Assembly (NCBI GenBank): GCA_964035545.1
Contig: OZ037771.1
Coordinates: forward strand, 1,189,628 to 1,253,627
Origin: Bugula neritina
Taxonomy: Eukaryota > Animalia > Bryozoa
Reading direction: 5' to 3'
Length of the DNA stretch: 64,000 bases
The position numbers were made by a program, and so were the translations under genes. Positions 27,101 to 41,700 of this stretch are shown piece by piece. The notes beneath the pieces are model-generated. The model had not been told where the DNA came from. It made no database searches and was given only the letters and a program-made list of their open reading frames with translations. Within the stretch, counting starts at the first letter, position 1; every line of letters starts with the position of its first letter.

Positions 27101-29808
27101 ATTATATACATGTACACAGAATATACAAGAAATGAAATTATCTTTTTGGCTCTTGATATTTCCATAACAGGCTTGGCCTGATTCAAGTTCAGCTAATGCC
27201 TCATTTCTTTGTGTATCAAAATGTTTCCATGTTGTAGCATCTCGGCCCATCCCCAAGATGATAAAAACTCCGGCCAAATCACAAGTTGCCTCTTCTCTCC
27301 CAGACATAACGTCCGATGCTCCCAAAACTCCCCGCACTCCGAGAACTCCCCACAGGTACCTGCTAACTACTCACTCTTCACTATACATACTAACTACTCT
27401 TCACTATACATACTAACTACTCACTCTTCACTATACACACTAACTATTCACTCTTCACTATACATACTAACTACTCACTATATATATATTATTTGATATT
27501 GCAGTAAGAAAGGTGCTAGATTCTACCCAGTCGTCAAAGATACTTCTAAAGTCCCAGATCCAAAGACCCCAAAGAAGAAAAAGACGAGACATACCAGCAA
27601 CCCTCCTGTAGAAGGTCACGTTGGTTGGATCATGGATGTGAAGTCTCACAGGCCTCGAACTACTTCCACAAGCAGCCAGCTGTCTGCCAGGTACTTATTG
27701 CTCTCTGCATTCTTTGCGGCAGCAAGATTATATACGTCAACAGCGCCTTCTCTAATTATTGTTGCTCTGATATGCTATAACTTTTTTATAATAGAAAAGT
27801 ATTTTTTTTATTTTGTATTTTCACGAAATATCAAATTATTTTAATACAACTAAATGCTGTTGCTAACAATTGTTTATCATCTTTTATTCTGTTTTTCCTT
27901 CTGAAATTTTCTATTTACTGAGACTTCGGCAGGCATGACTCTTCATGTATTTAAATTACTCAATTTATGACGCTCAAAACTCTGTAAGATGTGTCGGTGC
28001 CATCATTGTCTCAAACTGTCTCAATAGTTAGGCAGTTCACATCCTGTAAGCCTTCTTAGAGCTTCAATGTTACTGTGGTTGCTAATATACTGATACTGCA
28101 AGTTGGTGGATGGTTTCTTTATGCCTCGTGTGTTTGTAGTCCATCCGAAAGTCAAATGAGCTATGGCAGTGCCGCCCAGTCATTCTCTCATTTCCAGCAT
28201 CCATCTCACGAACTGCTCAAAGACAATAACTTTGTGTGGCATGTTTACCACAAGTACCACTCCAAGTGTCTCAAAGGTATGTACACACCTCAGTGGCAGC
28301 CTTCTTTAGTCATCCGCTGCTTATATTTTGTGTTCCTTGCGTAAGAATAATTTCATCTAGAGGTCTGTGAAAGTTTTATAAATTTGTAAAATTTTGGAAG
28401 GAACTTTATTCAAGTTGGAGCTAAGAAACGGCCGGTTAATATACTAGTTGGTTGGTCTGAAATGTTGCTGCTGTGTTACTGTTTCCCACCCTCAGTGTAG
28501 AAATTAATATGCCAGAAGTGCACAACTCTATAGTGTACCTGGCTGCACAGTGAGCTGCAATGAGAGATCTGAGCAAAGCCCATTGGGTACTGTTCTGTTA
28601 GTTGTTGTGAGCTATGCATGGTATATTTGCTGTGTGTATATAGACAGGAAGAAGAGTGGTGTGGGCCTCTCAACTGAGATGAACACTCTCTTCAGATTCT
28701 GGTCCTTCTTCATCAGACAGCATTACAACAAGAAGATGTACATGGAGTTCAAAACACTGGCACTGGAAGACGCCAGCTCTGGTTACAGGTATTTGTTCTG
28801 GTTCATCCTTTCCAACACTACCTTTTAAATGGCTTAGAGAACTTAAATTTTGCATACTGTCCATGCATTCTTCTAGCTCACTAAATAATTGCTATCACAA
28901 ACAAAACAAATTTTATGCCATTGGAAGAACTATGATGTATCTTTGTCGCATATTGCATTGCCTTCATTTACTCAAGGCACTATTGGCTGGCGCTCTTGTA
29001 TCAGCGCTATTATTGTCAACTGCAGCTGTGTTGGTTTCTTCTGCAGTTTGATTGTAGAAAAGAGCTATTTGATATAATATATTATAATATAATATTAATC
29101 TGCAGGTACGGCCTGGAGTGCCTCTTCAGGTTCTACAGCTATGGACTGGAGAAGAGATTCAGACCAGAATTGTTTGCTGACTTCCAGCAGGAGACTATGA
29201 AGGATTATGAGAATGGTAAGCGCTGTGTTTTGTCAGCTGTTACGTTGAGTTGTTACTCCGGTGGCAGCTATTCTTATCACATGCCGTTGTTTCAGGACAA
29301 CTGTACGGGCTAGAAAAGTTCTGGGCTTTCCTTAAATACACTCGTAAGCAGAACATTGAAGTCGACGCTAAGCTCACTGGATATCTATCAAAGTTCAAAC
29401 GTCTTGAAGATTTCAGAATCCAGGTGAGTTGTTACCAACCAGTATCGTTTGTTCCTCATCTTGTTCCCTGTATGCGTGAAGACTGTGTAATGTCGACTCT
29501 GTATGCAGGAGGACGAGGCTGAAAGGAGTGGATCCAGGACACGCACATCCTCCACAAGTGACGGCAGGAGAATCAGGAGAACGAGTGCCGGGTCCGGTCA
29601 GCAGCAGCGCACCAGGACCAGGTCCGGAGATGACACCAAGGCGGGTGGTAGCAAACCCGTCCCGCAAGCATCTGCACCAACTACCTCCAAAAACACAAAA
29701 GCCACAGTGTCTCAAGCTGAAGTACCTATGGCTAACAACGTTCCTTTGGCCTCAAAGCCGAAAGCTGCCGCTGCTGCTGCACCAAATAATGTTGGTGGCC
29801 AAGATTGA
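18170..29808 (+). CDS. LARP1: La-related protein 1 (La motif, PAM2, DM15); spliced, about 19-20 coding exons
   Basis: [14 protein letters not shown]; La motif [39 protein letters not shown] (24087-24198); PAM2-like [12 protein letters not shown]; ELDFMFDEE; [16 protein letters not shown]; DM15 [58 protein letters not shown]. Stop TGA at 29806-29808. Confidence 0.97.
21752..21900. repeat. About 30-bp tandem repeat in LARP1 intron
   Basis: ctactcactcagtaggagtgactgactatt x4-5. Confidence 0.9.
27361..27481 (+). repeat. Short tandem repeat containing TACTAAC in LARP1 intron
   Basis: Unit approx. tactaactactcactcttcactataca, about 5 copies. Confidence 0.85.
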
Positions 29809-31580
29809 CACAGCAATACGACTGTCTGCACTAATTAAGTCTGGTAGACCTCCACTGGCTGTCATTGCTTTAAATTAGCCTCTATGCACAAGACATTATT
29901 CCTCTGACAAATCCATCAACTGTGTTCATAGGCTAATGTGCTGCTATTCTTATCTTATCATGTGACAAGATCTCAGCAACTAATGCAATGTCATACACTG
30001 ATATCTACAGCTAGTATGATGTATCTGAGACTACGGCGTCCTCATTACCAGCAGTATACCTGGTCATGACATCTGTATGCTGGCAGATAACTCTAGACTG
30101 ATACACTCTACCAACTATACTCTTGTCATATGTTCTCCTCACTAGTCCAGATATGCTGCTGCCCGTCTCAGTGTCCAATCACCAGTTTGTAATTGCTGGC
30201 TCAAGGCTACCATGGGATCCGGTGGGACAACTCCCTCCTTTGCAATAATGTCTCTGATCTCTTCGGACATGACTACTCTTCTTTTTATTCTCTCTTCTTT
30301 CTTGTATTATTATGCTATTGTAATGGTAAAACTAGATCAATTTGTATTCATCTACTCTTTGGTATATTATGAAATTTACCTACTGCTTTTCTCTACTTGT
30401 ACTAAAACTGCAAAAAATTTATTCTTCCGAGTCATTTAAGCACCGCTGATTTTACGTTTGAATTGATTTGGCTTCATATAGTTAGTGCCAGAAGCTGATG
30501 GGGAATTTACTTTATCACATGCAAAGTAGTTTTTGTAGCGCATAGCATTCTAGTTATTACTAAGTTGTATTACCTATCTTATGATATTCAGTAAGAATAC
30601 TAAAAAATTGAAAAATGTTTTGAATTGGTTGTTTGGGTAATTATCTTAAACACTTCATGGTCAGATTGTGAGATGAAGTTTTGTGTGATTTGTCTGTCTT
30701 TCTCGCTCATTGTATTATTGTTATTCATAGTTATCAAATTATATCAGTCATTGATTTATATGCTTATTATATGCGCAATATATTATCATTATATAGAAAT
30801 AAATCATATTGTATATATTCAACTGGTATCATTGGTTTTTAATAGAAATAAATATTAGAAAATGGCAAACTAGAAGGATGCTATATGCTTGTAAACATTA
30901 TATTGAAACCAATGAGATTTTATTTTCACTCTTTTTGGAGGTCTCTGTGATGTTCTGCACAAAAGCCAGAGAAATAAGGATTCTGATTTACTCTCTATTA
31001 TTAAATTTTTTCCTATTACATTTTCAAGCAATTATATGCTCACTCATGACGTTTTATACAGCGTGCACATGTTCGAGTTATATAATTTTATGATGTTCTT
31101 ATTTGTATGCTATAAGTAACAAATGGGCAAATCCATTTGCATGTGTGCAAAAAGTTAAAATAGTTGTGATTTCTTGAGAGTGAATGTTATTTGGAGAGAG
31201 TAACATGATAACAAGTGTTAGATGTGTATTCTTAGAGTTATATGTTGTAACTTGAGTAACCAGCTTTGGTGAATAGCCAAGGCTTGGATAACCAAAATCT
31301 GCTAGAGCCAATCGCATGGTCAGATTATTGTCTACCTTCTAATCACTTCCGGATCAAGATGCCTGATCAACATGAACTTCAGATCGTCCTCACACGAATC
31401 CAGTTCTGGAAGTTAATCTCTAATAGAAAATAGTGATTAACTAATTAACTATTCATTCCAGTGCTGTAAATAATATATAATTATATATAATTAAATTCCC
31501 ACCTCTATTCATAATACAATATTGTTGAAATACATATCTTCTAGTAGTAGTTCTAAGGCTAAAGGCTGAGGCTAAACTTT

Positions 31581-31738
31581 GAATAATTCTATAAGCAGCT
31601 CCGAGTTGGTGGTGAATGAGTGCGGATGTTCGGGAGAGGGTTTTAGACGTTTGGAGTTACGTCCCCAACTTCACACTAGAGACCCCCAAACTACTGCAGT
31701 CATTCACCACCAACTCGGAGCTGCTTATAGAACTATTC
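31581..31738. mobile_element. MITE-like element with 39-bp terminal inverted repeats
   Basis: 31581-31619 and 31700-31738 are reverse complements with 1 mismatch; aaactt occurs near both flanks. Confidence 0.75.
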
Positions 31739-32764
31739 CCAAACTTCAGTAAAACTAAAATGAGGAAAAAGCATATAAAATAAATAAATTAAATTTTTTA
31801 CAAAGCCTTCTTATTGGTTATTACTAAATTTTAAACAATATTATTTTTAATAAATTATTACAAGTACATGCAATAGTTGTTTACTTTAAGTTTAAGTAAT
31901 ACTAATACTAATAGTAATAGTAATAGTGATACTCACTAAATCTAATACTAATAGTGAGACTGATACTGATAGTGATACTGATACGGATAGTGATACTCAT
32001 ACTGATAATATTTGTAAATCACTAAGACTAAATGTAATACTAATATTAATAGTATTACATTTACTTTTAGATTGACATTGCTAATAGTATTACAATAGCA
32101 ATGTCAATTGTATAACTATAAGTGTAAGTTATAAGTATAAGTATAGCATTATTACCTAATCATTATAATTATGATGAGGATTATTTTATTATCAGTAAGA
32201 ATATCATTGTTATCATTATGATTATGATCATTATGATTATCTATAAACAAAACTGCGAGCGTACAAGTATACCTATAAGATTAATATTAACTTAAATTTA
32301 ATAACTAGAACTACGTATTAGTGAGTCGTATAACTTATAAGTATAACTTAAACTATAAATATTAGTATAAGTATTTGATTTTATAAGTGTTAACAGAAAT
32401 ATTATCATTATGTTTAACTGAACCATTAAATTATTTAAGTAATTCGTGTTTATCATTCATATTCTTAATTCTATCAAGTCTAGCATTTACATATACTTAT
32501 AAGCACTGAAACTAAGAGTAAGTTTGATACTTACAGCTACTGCTACTGTCACTATTAGTAAGTATTAGCCCTAACCTCAAAAACTAGAATCAGCTGCAAA
32601 TCATTGTCAGTGAATATTTTCAAGTCTAGTCAGAGTGACTTAAACTCAACTAAAAATTTAGCTATACTGTGTACATAGCACATTTGATTGTATGAATTAT
32701 TATATGTATGTATTTACAGAAAGCATAAATCTGTTCATGTTGGCTATCTCTTTCAAGTAGAGTC

Positions 32765-35700
32765 ATGCATTTTAATGACGAGGAGTTGGCATTGACAGCT
32801 GTGAGTATCTCACAGGATTTTAGTAAAGAAGGAATACTTTTTACTAAGCCCTACAAGAAGTCTCAAAAGAAATCAAAGTCTACCAAAGGTCTGATTTGTT
32901 TCACCTGCTTTTCATAGTTTATAATAAAGATTGCTGAACCTATTGAAGTATGCTTCAGTTTATGTCAGAAGTTATTTGGATGATATATTGTGCCTGTAGG
33001 TTACGTAGAACGATGGTGTCGTCTGAAGGGAAATCTTCTATTCTGCATGAAAGGAAAAGACAGAGTGTGTATTGATAAGTTTTCTTATTATATTTTTGTA
33101 ATGGTTTATTATTTATACTTCCTTGATTGTCACAGTACTTTGAGCTTGTACTATTTTAACTCTGCTGTTTTACAGACAAGTGGTGCATGTGGGGTCATAG
33201 TGCTTGAGAGGTGCTCCATTGAACTAGATGCTGATGAAATTGATAGCCTTTTCTCATTTGTCATCGGTATGTTGATCACTAAACTCTTTACTAGGGTGGT
33301 TTAAGCTCGAAATTGAAAATCTTTACCACTTTATGCTGGTAGGAATCTGAAAATATTTGCTTTATTTTGTTTCCAATTAGTTCTTCATCTAATAGCATTT
33401 CACATTGTCTTGTATTAGTGGCAACTTTTTGTTAAAAGGAAGTTTGTGTCTGCAAACATGTCATAATGATGTGAGTGTAGAGTGTATATTGTGTGTAGCT
33501 AAGTGTGTAGAGACAGTATATTGTGTGTAGCTAAGTGTGTAGAGACAGTATATTGTGTGTAGCTAAGTGTGTAGAGACAGTATATTGTGTGTAGCTAAGT
33601 GTGTAGAGACAGTATATTGTGTGTAGCTAAGTGTGTAGAGACAGTATATTGTGTGTAGCTAAGTGTGTAGAGACAGTATATTGTGTGTAGCTAAGTGTGT
33701 CGAGACAGTATATTGTGTGTAGCTAAGTGTGTAGAGACAGTATATTGTGTGTAGCTAAGTGTGTAGAGACAGTATATTGTGTGTAGCTAAGAGTGTGTAG
33801 AGACAGTATATTGTGTGTAGCTAAGTGTGTAGAGATAGTATATTGTGTGTAGCTAAGTGTGTCGAGACAGTATATTGTGTGTAGCTAAGTGTGTAGAGAT
33901 AGTATATTGTGTGTAGCTAAGTGTATAGAGACAGTATATTGTGAATGCTGCCGTAGGTCAGGGCGGCAGCGAGGAACTGATACATCTCGGCTGTAAGACT
34001 GAGACAGAGAGGGACGAGTGGATATCTGCTCTGCACACGGCCAGTTACGAGTGCATGAAGCTGCAGCTTGAGAACCTGAGAGAACAGATCACTTTGAAGA
34101 CGGGGCGGGACCCCGTCACCTCACCACAGACCCAAAATGGTAGCCATACTTTAAGCAAATTTCTCAGCTCACTATGTGGTAGCTTTGTATTAAAAAAAAT
34201 TACTAAATATTTAGCTGAAATTTTTGTGTCTTCTATGTGTTTGATCACTTGTGGTTTTGTTTCCAGTTTCAGAAAACGAGGCTCCGTTTGTGGAAATGTG
34301 TCTATGTAAGTAAACATCCTTTAATTTTCCCAGGTGTGTATTGTTTTACAAAAAAAAATGCACGTAATTTACATACCCACGTACACACATACACAGATAC
34401 ACACGCATACACACATGTACACACATCTACACACATACACACGTACACACATACACACATACACACACGTACACACATCTACACACGTACACACATACAC
34501 AGATACACACATATAATGTTAGTGGCAGTGTGTTGAGTTGGTGCTCTGTTAAGTTGGTGTGCAAGTTTTACATTTATAAACTTTCTGTATGCTAGCTGAG
34601 TATCCGTATCCTCTTGTCACTCCATGTGACAACTGATGGATAAATATGGCTGAACTCTTTCTATATTACTTGATGTTTATTCAGCTTGTAGCCAGCTACG
34701 CTCCAGTGGTGACAGTCGGCCCAACTGCATGATGGATATACTCGGTCTAGATCCTCCCAACACACACTGGAATCTAATAGGGCAAACGGAAATTGTAGAG
34801 CAATCCCACAATCCTCTGTTCATGAAGACAATTGGTATTTCTGATGCGGGAAGGTCGAGTAAGACAAGGATGAAGCTGGTGGTGTATGACGTCACGGAGC
34901 TGGTGACTAGGACGGTTGGTACTCTATTCTCTTTCTTTTATTTCAGTCTCATTTTTCACTCTCAAGATTGACTTCTTAGAAGAAAAATTTTTACAAAAGA
35001 ATCAATCAACTATTTTTAAAATATTAACTTTTACAAGTTTCTTTTAGTTTTATTTTTCACATGATATCTCTTCACTTGTGATAAAGGAAGTGGTTTTAGT
35101 TGAAGGATCTCACTTACCGTGTTCCTGTTTAACGCTGCAGCATGTGTTGTGTGAGCCATTGTTACATAACTTCCTGGTCTGTTTGTATTGTAGAGAACTC
35201 ACATTGGACAGGCTGTGTTCCTACTTGAAGAGTTGCTCTCATGCATGAAGCTTACGTTTCCTATTGTGTGAGTTTTCTATACTTGAATACACTGGAATAA
35301 TACTCTGTGCTGGGAAATAACAAAGTGCTCAGTCAGCTCATTATTTCAATAAATGTTAATTAGTTTAGCTTTTAATGGTTACTCAAATGAGCTGCACTAA
35401 TGATGGGAGGTAGAAAAGTTAGTGTGAGGAATTGCTACTTAACCTGTTACTCTGTTTCCTTCATGATTGGTGCAGCACTAGTGTTTTTGTTCTCATTGCG
35501 TTATACTCTACCTTAGCGTTGGCCTGTAGACTGTGGGCTGTGCTTATTTGTGGACTGCAATGCTTGAAATAAATTTTGTTTATCCAACTAGTGTTTGCTT
35601 TATGTGATATCACTAGTTCTACTCTATTCTCTGTTTCCTATTCCTTGTTGTTCATGTAACTCTGTTTCTTTATCTTATCTGTCATTTAAAGGATAACAAG

Positions 35701-38700
35701 TTTTCACATATTTATATGATAGGCTTCTTTGCAGGTGACATATAAACCTTGAGTTGTTTTTTCTTGAATAATCATTGAATTTTGTGTTTAGACTTGGAGT
35801 TGTTTCCTCTTGAATTATCATTGTATTCTGTATATAAACTTGGAGTTATTTTCTCTTGAATTTTTATTGCATGTTGTAAATTGGAGTTGTTCTCCCACAT
35901 GTAGATCTCCAGACAGGAGTCAAGTTGGCTCTGTAAACATCATGTCTTGGGCTACTGCAACTCCCGACTCCTCCTTGACATCTAGAACTAACACTGAGCT
36001 CTTAAACTCCTCGACTGCCAAGGATGACTCAGCCAGTCCTCACTGGAACGGAGAGAAGACATACAGGACCAAGAAGAAAGACCAGCTTAAGTTCCTCTTC
36101 TGTAATACCATTTGTAAAGTAAGTAGATTAATATACAACTTATTCATACAAGTTTGTTCTGTATTACACATACATCTATAATATATATACATCTAAGTGT
36201 AGTTATATACCATTATCAAATTTTATATATGTGCAAGTTTAATATATATGTGTATTTTATCATTTACATGTAGTTTGTGTATATTATATGTGAGAATGAA
36301 ATTATACATGGCAAACTTGTGATTATAATACGGTATGTAGACTTGTACATTGTACATGTAGATGTGTCTACTATGGTACGTACAAGTAGGCATGTACGCT
36401 GTGGTAGGTACAAGATGTAAGTCACACGACTAATCTATATACACCTACAGTATAAGATCCAGGTTATAATTATATTGTGTGTTGTGTTTAGGTCTTCCGA
36501 TTTCCTACCATCAACAAACATAAACTGAGTGTATGTGAAATAATGGCTGAGAGTCGTCTAACCTTTGTCTTCCCCGTTACAATAATGTTAGTATATCTCT
36601 CCTATAGATATATTGTTATATATAACTCTGTCACTATGTATATGTTATTATATATAACTCTGTCACTATGTATATGTTATTATATATAACTCTGTCACTT
36701 TGTTATTACTTAGTTACTTAGTTATTACTTAGTTACTTGGTTATTACTTAGTTACTTGGTTATTACTTAGTTACTCGGTTACTATACTTTGTTAGGAGAT
36801 TTCTCCTGCAAGATACAAATCAATGGAAGGACAGATTTCACTGTCTGGAGTCGGTAAGTTGCTGTCAGCTCTCATACTTGTCGACTGATGCCGTCTATCG
36901 GCAGCATTGTTCCATTTAGTTGACTACTCAGACGCACACTGATAGTATAGGGAAGGAGTAGCTTTCACTTTCACACTCTACTCAGCATGCATAATGAGAA
37001 ACCGTAAAATCTGTAGAACTGTAGAAGTGTAGAGACTGCAGAACTGTAGAACTGTAGAGACTGCAGAACATGTAGAATCTGTAGAACATTGACTGACAAT
37101 GCAACCAGAAAGTGTGGCAGAGCTACACTGCTGCAGCTCCAGCATCAACCTCTGGGTATTTGGTCTTCAGTACATATTAACTCTTCAACTGAGGACATGG
37201 CGTTATGTCCCTTGCAGGTGCACACAAAGTCTGACTACCTCAGGCAGGTGATCTCAGCAAATTTAGGACTTTTCTCAGACTATTTATCCTCATCCATCAG
37301 CTACTTGGAGGGGAAACACAGCAGGCAGACGTTTAAGGCGAGTCAGCTGAAGGAGGAGAGAATGCTGGAGGCAATTCCTATCAACCTACACATCAACCGC
37401 ATGCTCGTCTGCAATCAGTATACCAAGTCAGGTGAGACTACATCATATCATTGTGTCATACTCAACAAACGATGTTACCATGGTTACTGGAGCCTCTCTT
37501 TCAACTCACGTCCAGTACTAATACTCTGTAGGTGATAGTCACGACACGATTACAGTCGGTGCGTTTGCCGTTCACTCGAGAGGGTACAAACATGGCGGAC
37601 TATCCAAGTTGCTCAAACTCTCCTCGTCAGACATGGAGCCTTTCAGACTGCCAGCCATGTCTAAGCTCTCTCAGCTGGTCTGTGTTATTCCTCTCTCTCA
37701 GCTTCTCTATCAGCTCTCTTATCTACTGATACATGTATACGTGTATACTGTGTTACCTGTTACCATGTTGTGTTACCTGTTACCATACTGTGTTACCTGT
37801 TACCGTGCTGTGTTACCTGTTACCATACTGCTTGTAGCTGGATACGATGCAGGAACTTGATGGTCTCAAGGATGCGATTGTCAACACCTGTGAGAAGTTA
37901 TACAGAGCTTGTGAAACTAACGACACCGTATCTCTCTGTGCAGCTTATACTGAGCTTATAGAGCAGGTAGGGGGCAATAACTCCCAACTTATCTCGTACT
38001 AATCTCATATAGTATGTGTATGTGTCACATTGACATAGTAACTTGTGACATAGTAACATGTGACATAGTAACACGTGACGCATAGTAACACTGGACATAG
38101 CAACACGTGACGCATAGTAACACTGGACATAACAACACTGGGCATAATAAAATGTGACATAGTAACACGTGACGCATAGTAACACGTGACCGGGATGTGT
38201 TTTAGAGACTTCAGCTGATAGAATTGTGCGGCAGACGTCCACTCATCACAGAGAGTATGATGTCTTTTCAGTCTTCTATTGTTCAGTCTGATGATACTCA
38301 TTCTACCCAATCAGAAACAGATGGCTATAAATCTGACCAATCAAAACACAGATCCACAGTCCACTCGCAGCAAATGTGGGCCAGTGCGCTCTCCTCGGTG
38401 CAGACGTCTTTAGCTGAACTCATTGACCTCTCTAAGGTCCGTGTGCAACAGCCTTGTAGTCTAAGCTCTTGTATTATAGCTAGCCTTACTTCCAATAGCC
38501 TTACTTCCACTAGCCTTACTTCCACTAGCCTCACTTCTACTAGCCTCACTTCTACTAGCCATACTTTCTGTGTTTATAATTGGAGAAATTAGGCCTAAAC
38601 TTAAATAAGCTTCTTGTAGTTGTTTCCTCTATGGAGTTGTCTCTCCTATCTATTGTCTCCTATGTTTTCCAACCTATCAATAGCACTTTCTGTCTGTAAT

Positions 38701-41700
38701 TTTACAGTTATTATATAAAATCATTTTTCTTTTTATCATTGAAAGATAATTTTAAGTCATAAGGTTATAACTGATTCTAGGAATGTGGGGAGATGAAAGA
38801 GCCCAGTGAAGGGCTAGATAAGATTAGTCCTTGTAAGATGAAATGTGATTCGTTTATTGAGAAGTTATACTCCCTCTGCTGTCAATGCCTCATCCATGCC
38901 ACGCTGCTGCAGATGAACAACTCTGACCCCACCATTACTAACCTTGACCTCCTGATTCGATACACCTGCTCCAGAACACAAGCTGTAAGTCTGTCTGTCA
39001 CATCATACGTAATGTGTGTTATCATCGTATATGTGTAGTACAATGTGCATGCGATATCACTTCGCATGTAATATATTACACAATGTTGTATTACAGTACA
39101 AGTAATATATTATATATTATGAATTGTGACATCACTGTAGGTGTAGTATTGTATTACACTTTGTACTATTACTGTACAGGTAATATTATATTGCAGCTAA
39201 CTGCAGCAGTGACCGGTGTTTTGGCTAAAGTCAGATTCCACATAACTGATGAACAGTTCCTAAAGCAGATGTGCAACATTGGCTGCCTTCTGCACTTTGA
39301 GAGTTTACTTAGCTGTCATGGTAGTGAGCAAGGTGGGTGTGTCATGACAATGAGCAAGGTGGGTGTGTCACGGTAGTGAGCAAGGCGGGTGTGTCACGGC
39401 AGTGAGCAAGGTGGGTGTGTCACGACAGTGAACAAGGCGGGTGTGTCATGATGCTGAGCAAGGTGGGTGTGTCATGATAGTGAGCAAGGTGGGTGTGTCA
39501 CGGCAATGAGCAAGGTGGGTGTGTCATGATAATGAGCAAGGTGGGTGTCTGTTATATTGTCAGGCATTAATAATATTTTAAAGTTTTATAATTCAATTAT
39601 TTTGAAGTATAATTTTGCTTCTCGCTGGTATGTTACTATGCAGCTGGTATCCCTTCTGTGATTGGTGCGTATTTTTTTATGTTTATACAAGTATTTTGAC
39701 TTTTCATGCCAAGTAAAAAGGGTAGCAAATGTATATTAGCATGAATTTTAATAAAATAATGTTTATCTAGTTTATTTAATTATACCAAGAATCTTATTTG
39801 AGAGTTGGAGTTATCATCTCTGCCTTGTTTTAGGTATGCTAGAAGATTTTGTTGTTGGAATGCAGTCCTTGTTGGATGTGAAGTTTAGATTTTCGGAAAG
39901 TATGTCCGCCACTGATGACTACATGGAAAATCAGCCTGTGGTAACTGGTAACAGGTACTTGTCATTGTCTTACTTTACTTGTCAATAAATGTCAGTACAT
40001 GTCATGTGTCAGTACATGTCATGTGTCAGTACATGACATAGTAGGCAAGTGGCAAACAGTAACATATACTTGTCATAGCTCAGTGGTGCCAAGTTTTTGC
40101 TTATATATTACATGAAACTGCAGATAAATCTTATTATCTGTGGTGTCAAGAATATCGTTCTCTTTGACAGGTTGAGTCTGTGTGTGACTATGCCACTCCC
40201 CTCTGTAGCCTTTAGGCTCCTCCCACAATCTCTCCAGGACGGGCAGACTTTCAAGGTCGTGCCTGTCATGTTTAATATTGGAATCAACGAAACAGCTACC
40301 GTAGCAGAAAGGTATACAGCAGCTTAATATTATACTATGTTACAGACTGATGCTGTCAATACTTAATATTATACTATGTTACAGACTGAGGCTGCCAATA
40401 CTTAATATTATACTATGTTACAGACTGATGCTGTCAATACTTAATGTTATACTATGTTATAGACTGATGCTGTCAATACTTAATGTTATACTATGTTATA
40501 GACTGATGCTGTCAATACTTAATATTATACTATGTTACAGACTGATGCTGTCAATACTTAATATTATACTATGTTACAGACTGAGGCTGCCAATACTTAA
40601 TATTATACTATGTTATAGACTGATGCTGTCATTACTTAATATTATGCTATGTTACAGACTGATGCTGTCAATACTTGTTAGTCTGATTCCTTCTTTCTCT
40701 GCCCTGATCTTTTTGTCCCTTTATCTGTTAACTCTTAGTTATATGTTGAGACAGTAGCAGTTAGTTTCACACGGAGGCAAGGGTATAAGGTTTATTATGA
40801 GAGAAGAGACCCCCGTACACGTGTAACTCATGTAGCATTTTACTAACAGTGTTGGAAGTACTGCACTTCAAGACAAGATCAACCTGATGGGCTTTGACTT
40901 GCTCACTGACTACTACGTGGAGTATGAGAGACTGTTTGGCAGCGTAGACAGCACCCTCAACTCCCGCTACTCCGTTGACGAGCTGCTTGTCAAACTCTCA
41001 CAGAATGTTCACGACAATAAGAAGAAAAATGTAGACATTCTGCAAATTTCTGCCGAGGTATAAATAAAAGCTATATATGCCTGCTGTCAGTGAGTGCTGT
41101 CAGTGGGTGATGTCAGTGGGTGCTGCCAGTTAATGTGCTGCTAAAAGTCTTCATGTACAGATAGTGTGTTCAGTCTAGTAAATGTTGAGATTTTAAAGGT
41201 CTGTGGCTGTGTTTAGTAGTACTAGATTCTGTTAGAATTTCACATGTAATCTCTTAGATTAATCTTTTATTTCCTTGAAAAAAGGAAATTAGCAAGTTCA
41301 GTTTTATGTGTCTTTATTTTCTAACCTGAAATAATTTGTTGATGAATGGCTGCACTTTGCTTGTACCCAAATTGCTATACACCGACACATTGTATTAAGA
41401 TGGCGACTATTAATAACAAGGGCAGTAGCTGTATTCTAGTGAGATTACAGCTAATGTGATTACAACTTATAACTTATGTACTTCTTGTCATTCAGATCTG
41501 CAGGAAGTTGAACTGTGTGCGTTTCACGAGCTGCAAGAGTGCCAAGGACAGGACGGCCATGTCAGTCACACTGGAAGAGTGCAGAATACTGCAACAGGAA
41601 CATGAGTTATCTCCCCATATATTTGAGAAAGCCGTTTCTTGCCTGAGAAGGTGAGTTCTGTTGCTATACTGTAGAGGAAGTGATGATGTATATTATACAG

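Noticed and set aside
30212-31317. Hydrophobic short ORFs after LARP1
   Set aside because: T-rich 3'UTR or intergenic sequence produces such ORFs; no splice or homology support.
31359-31433. Short ORF MPDQHELQIVLTRIQFWKLISNRK near the presumed INPP4 promoter
   Set aside because: It could be a uORF, but the TSS and splicing are unknown and there is no independent support.
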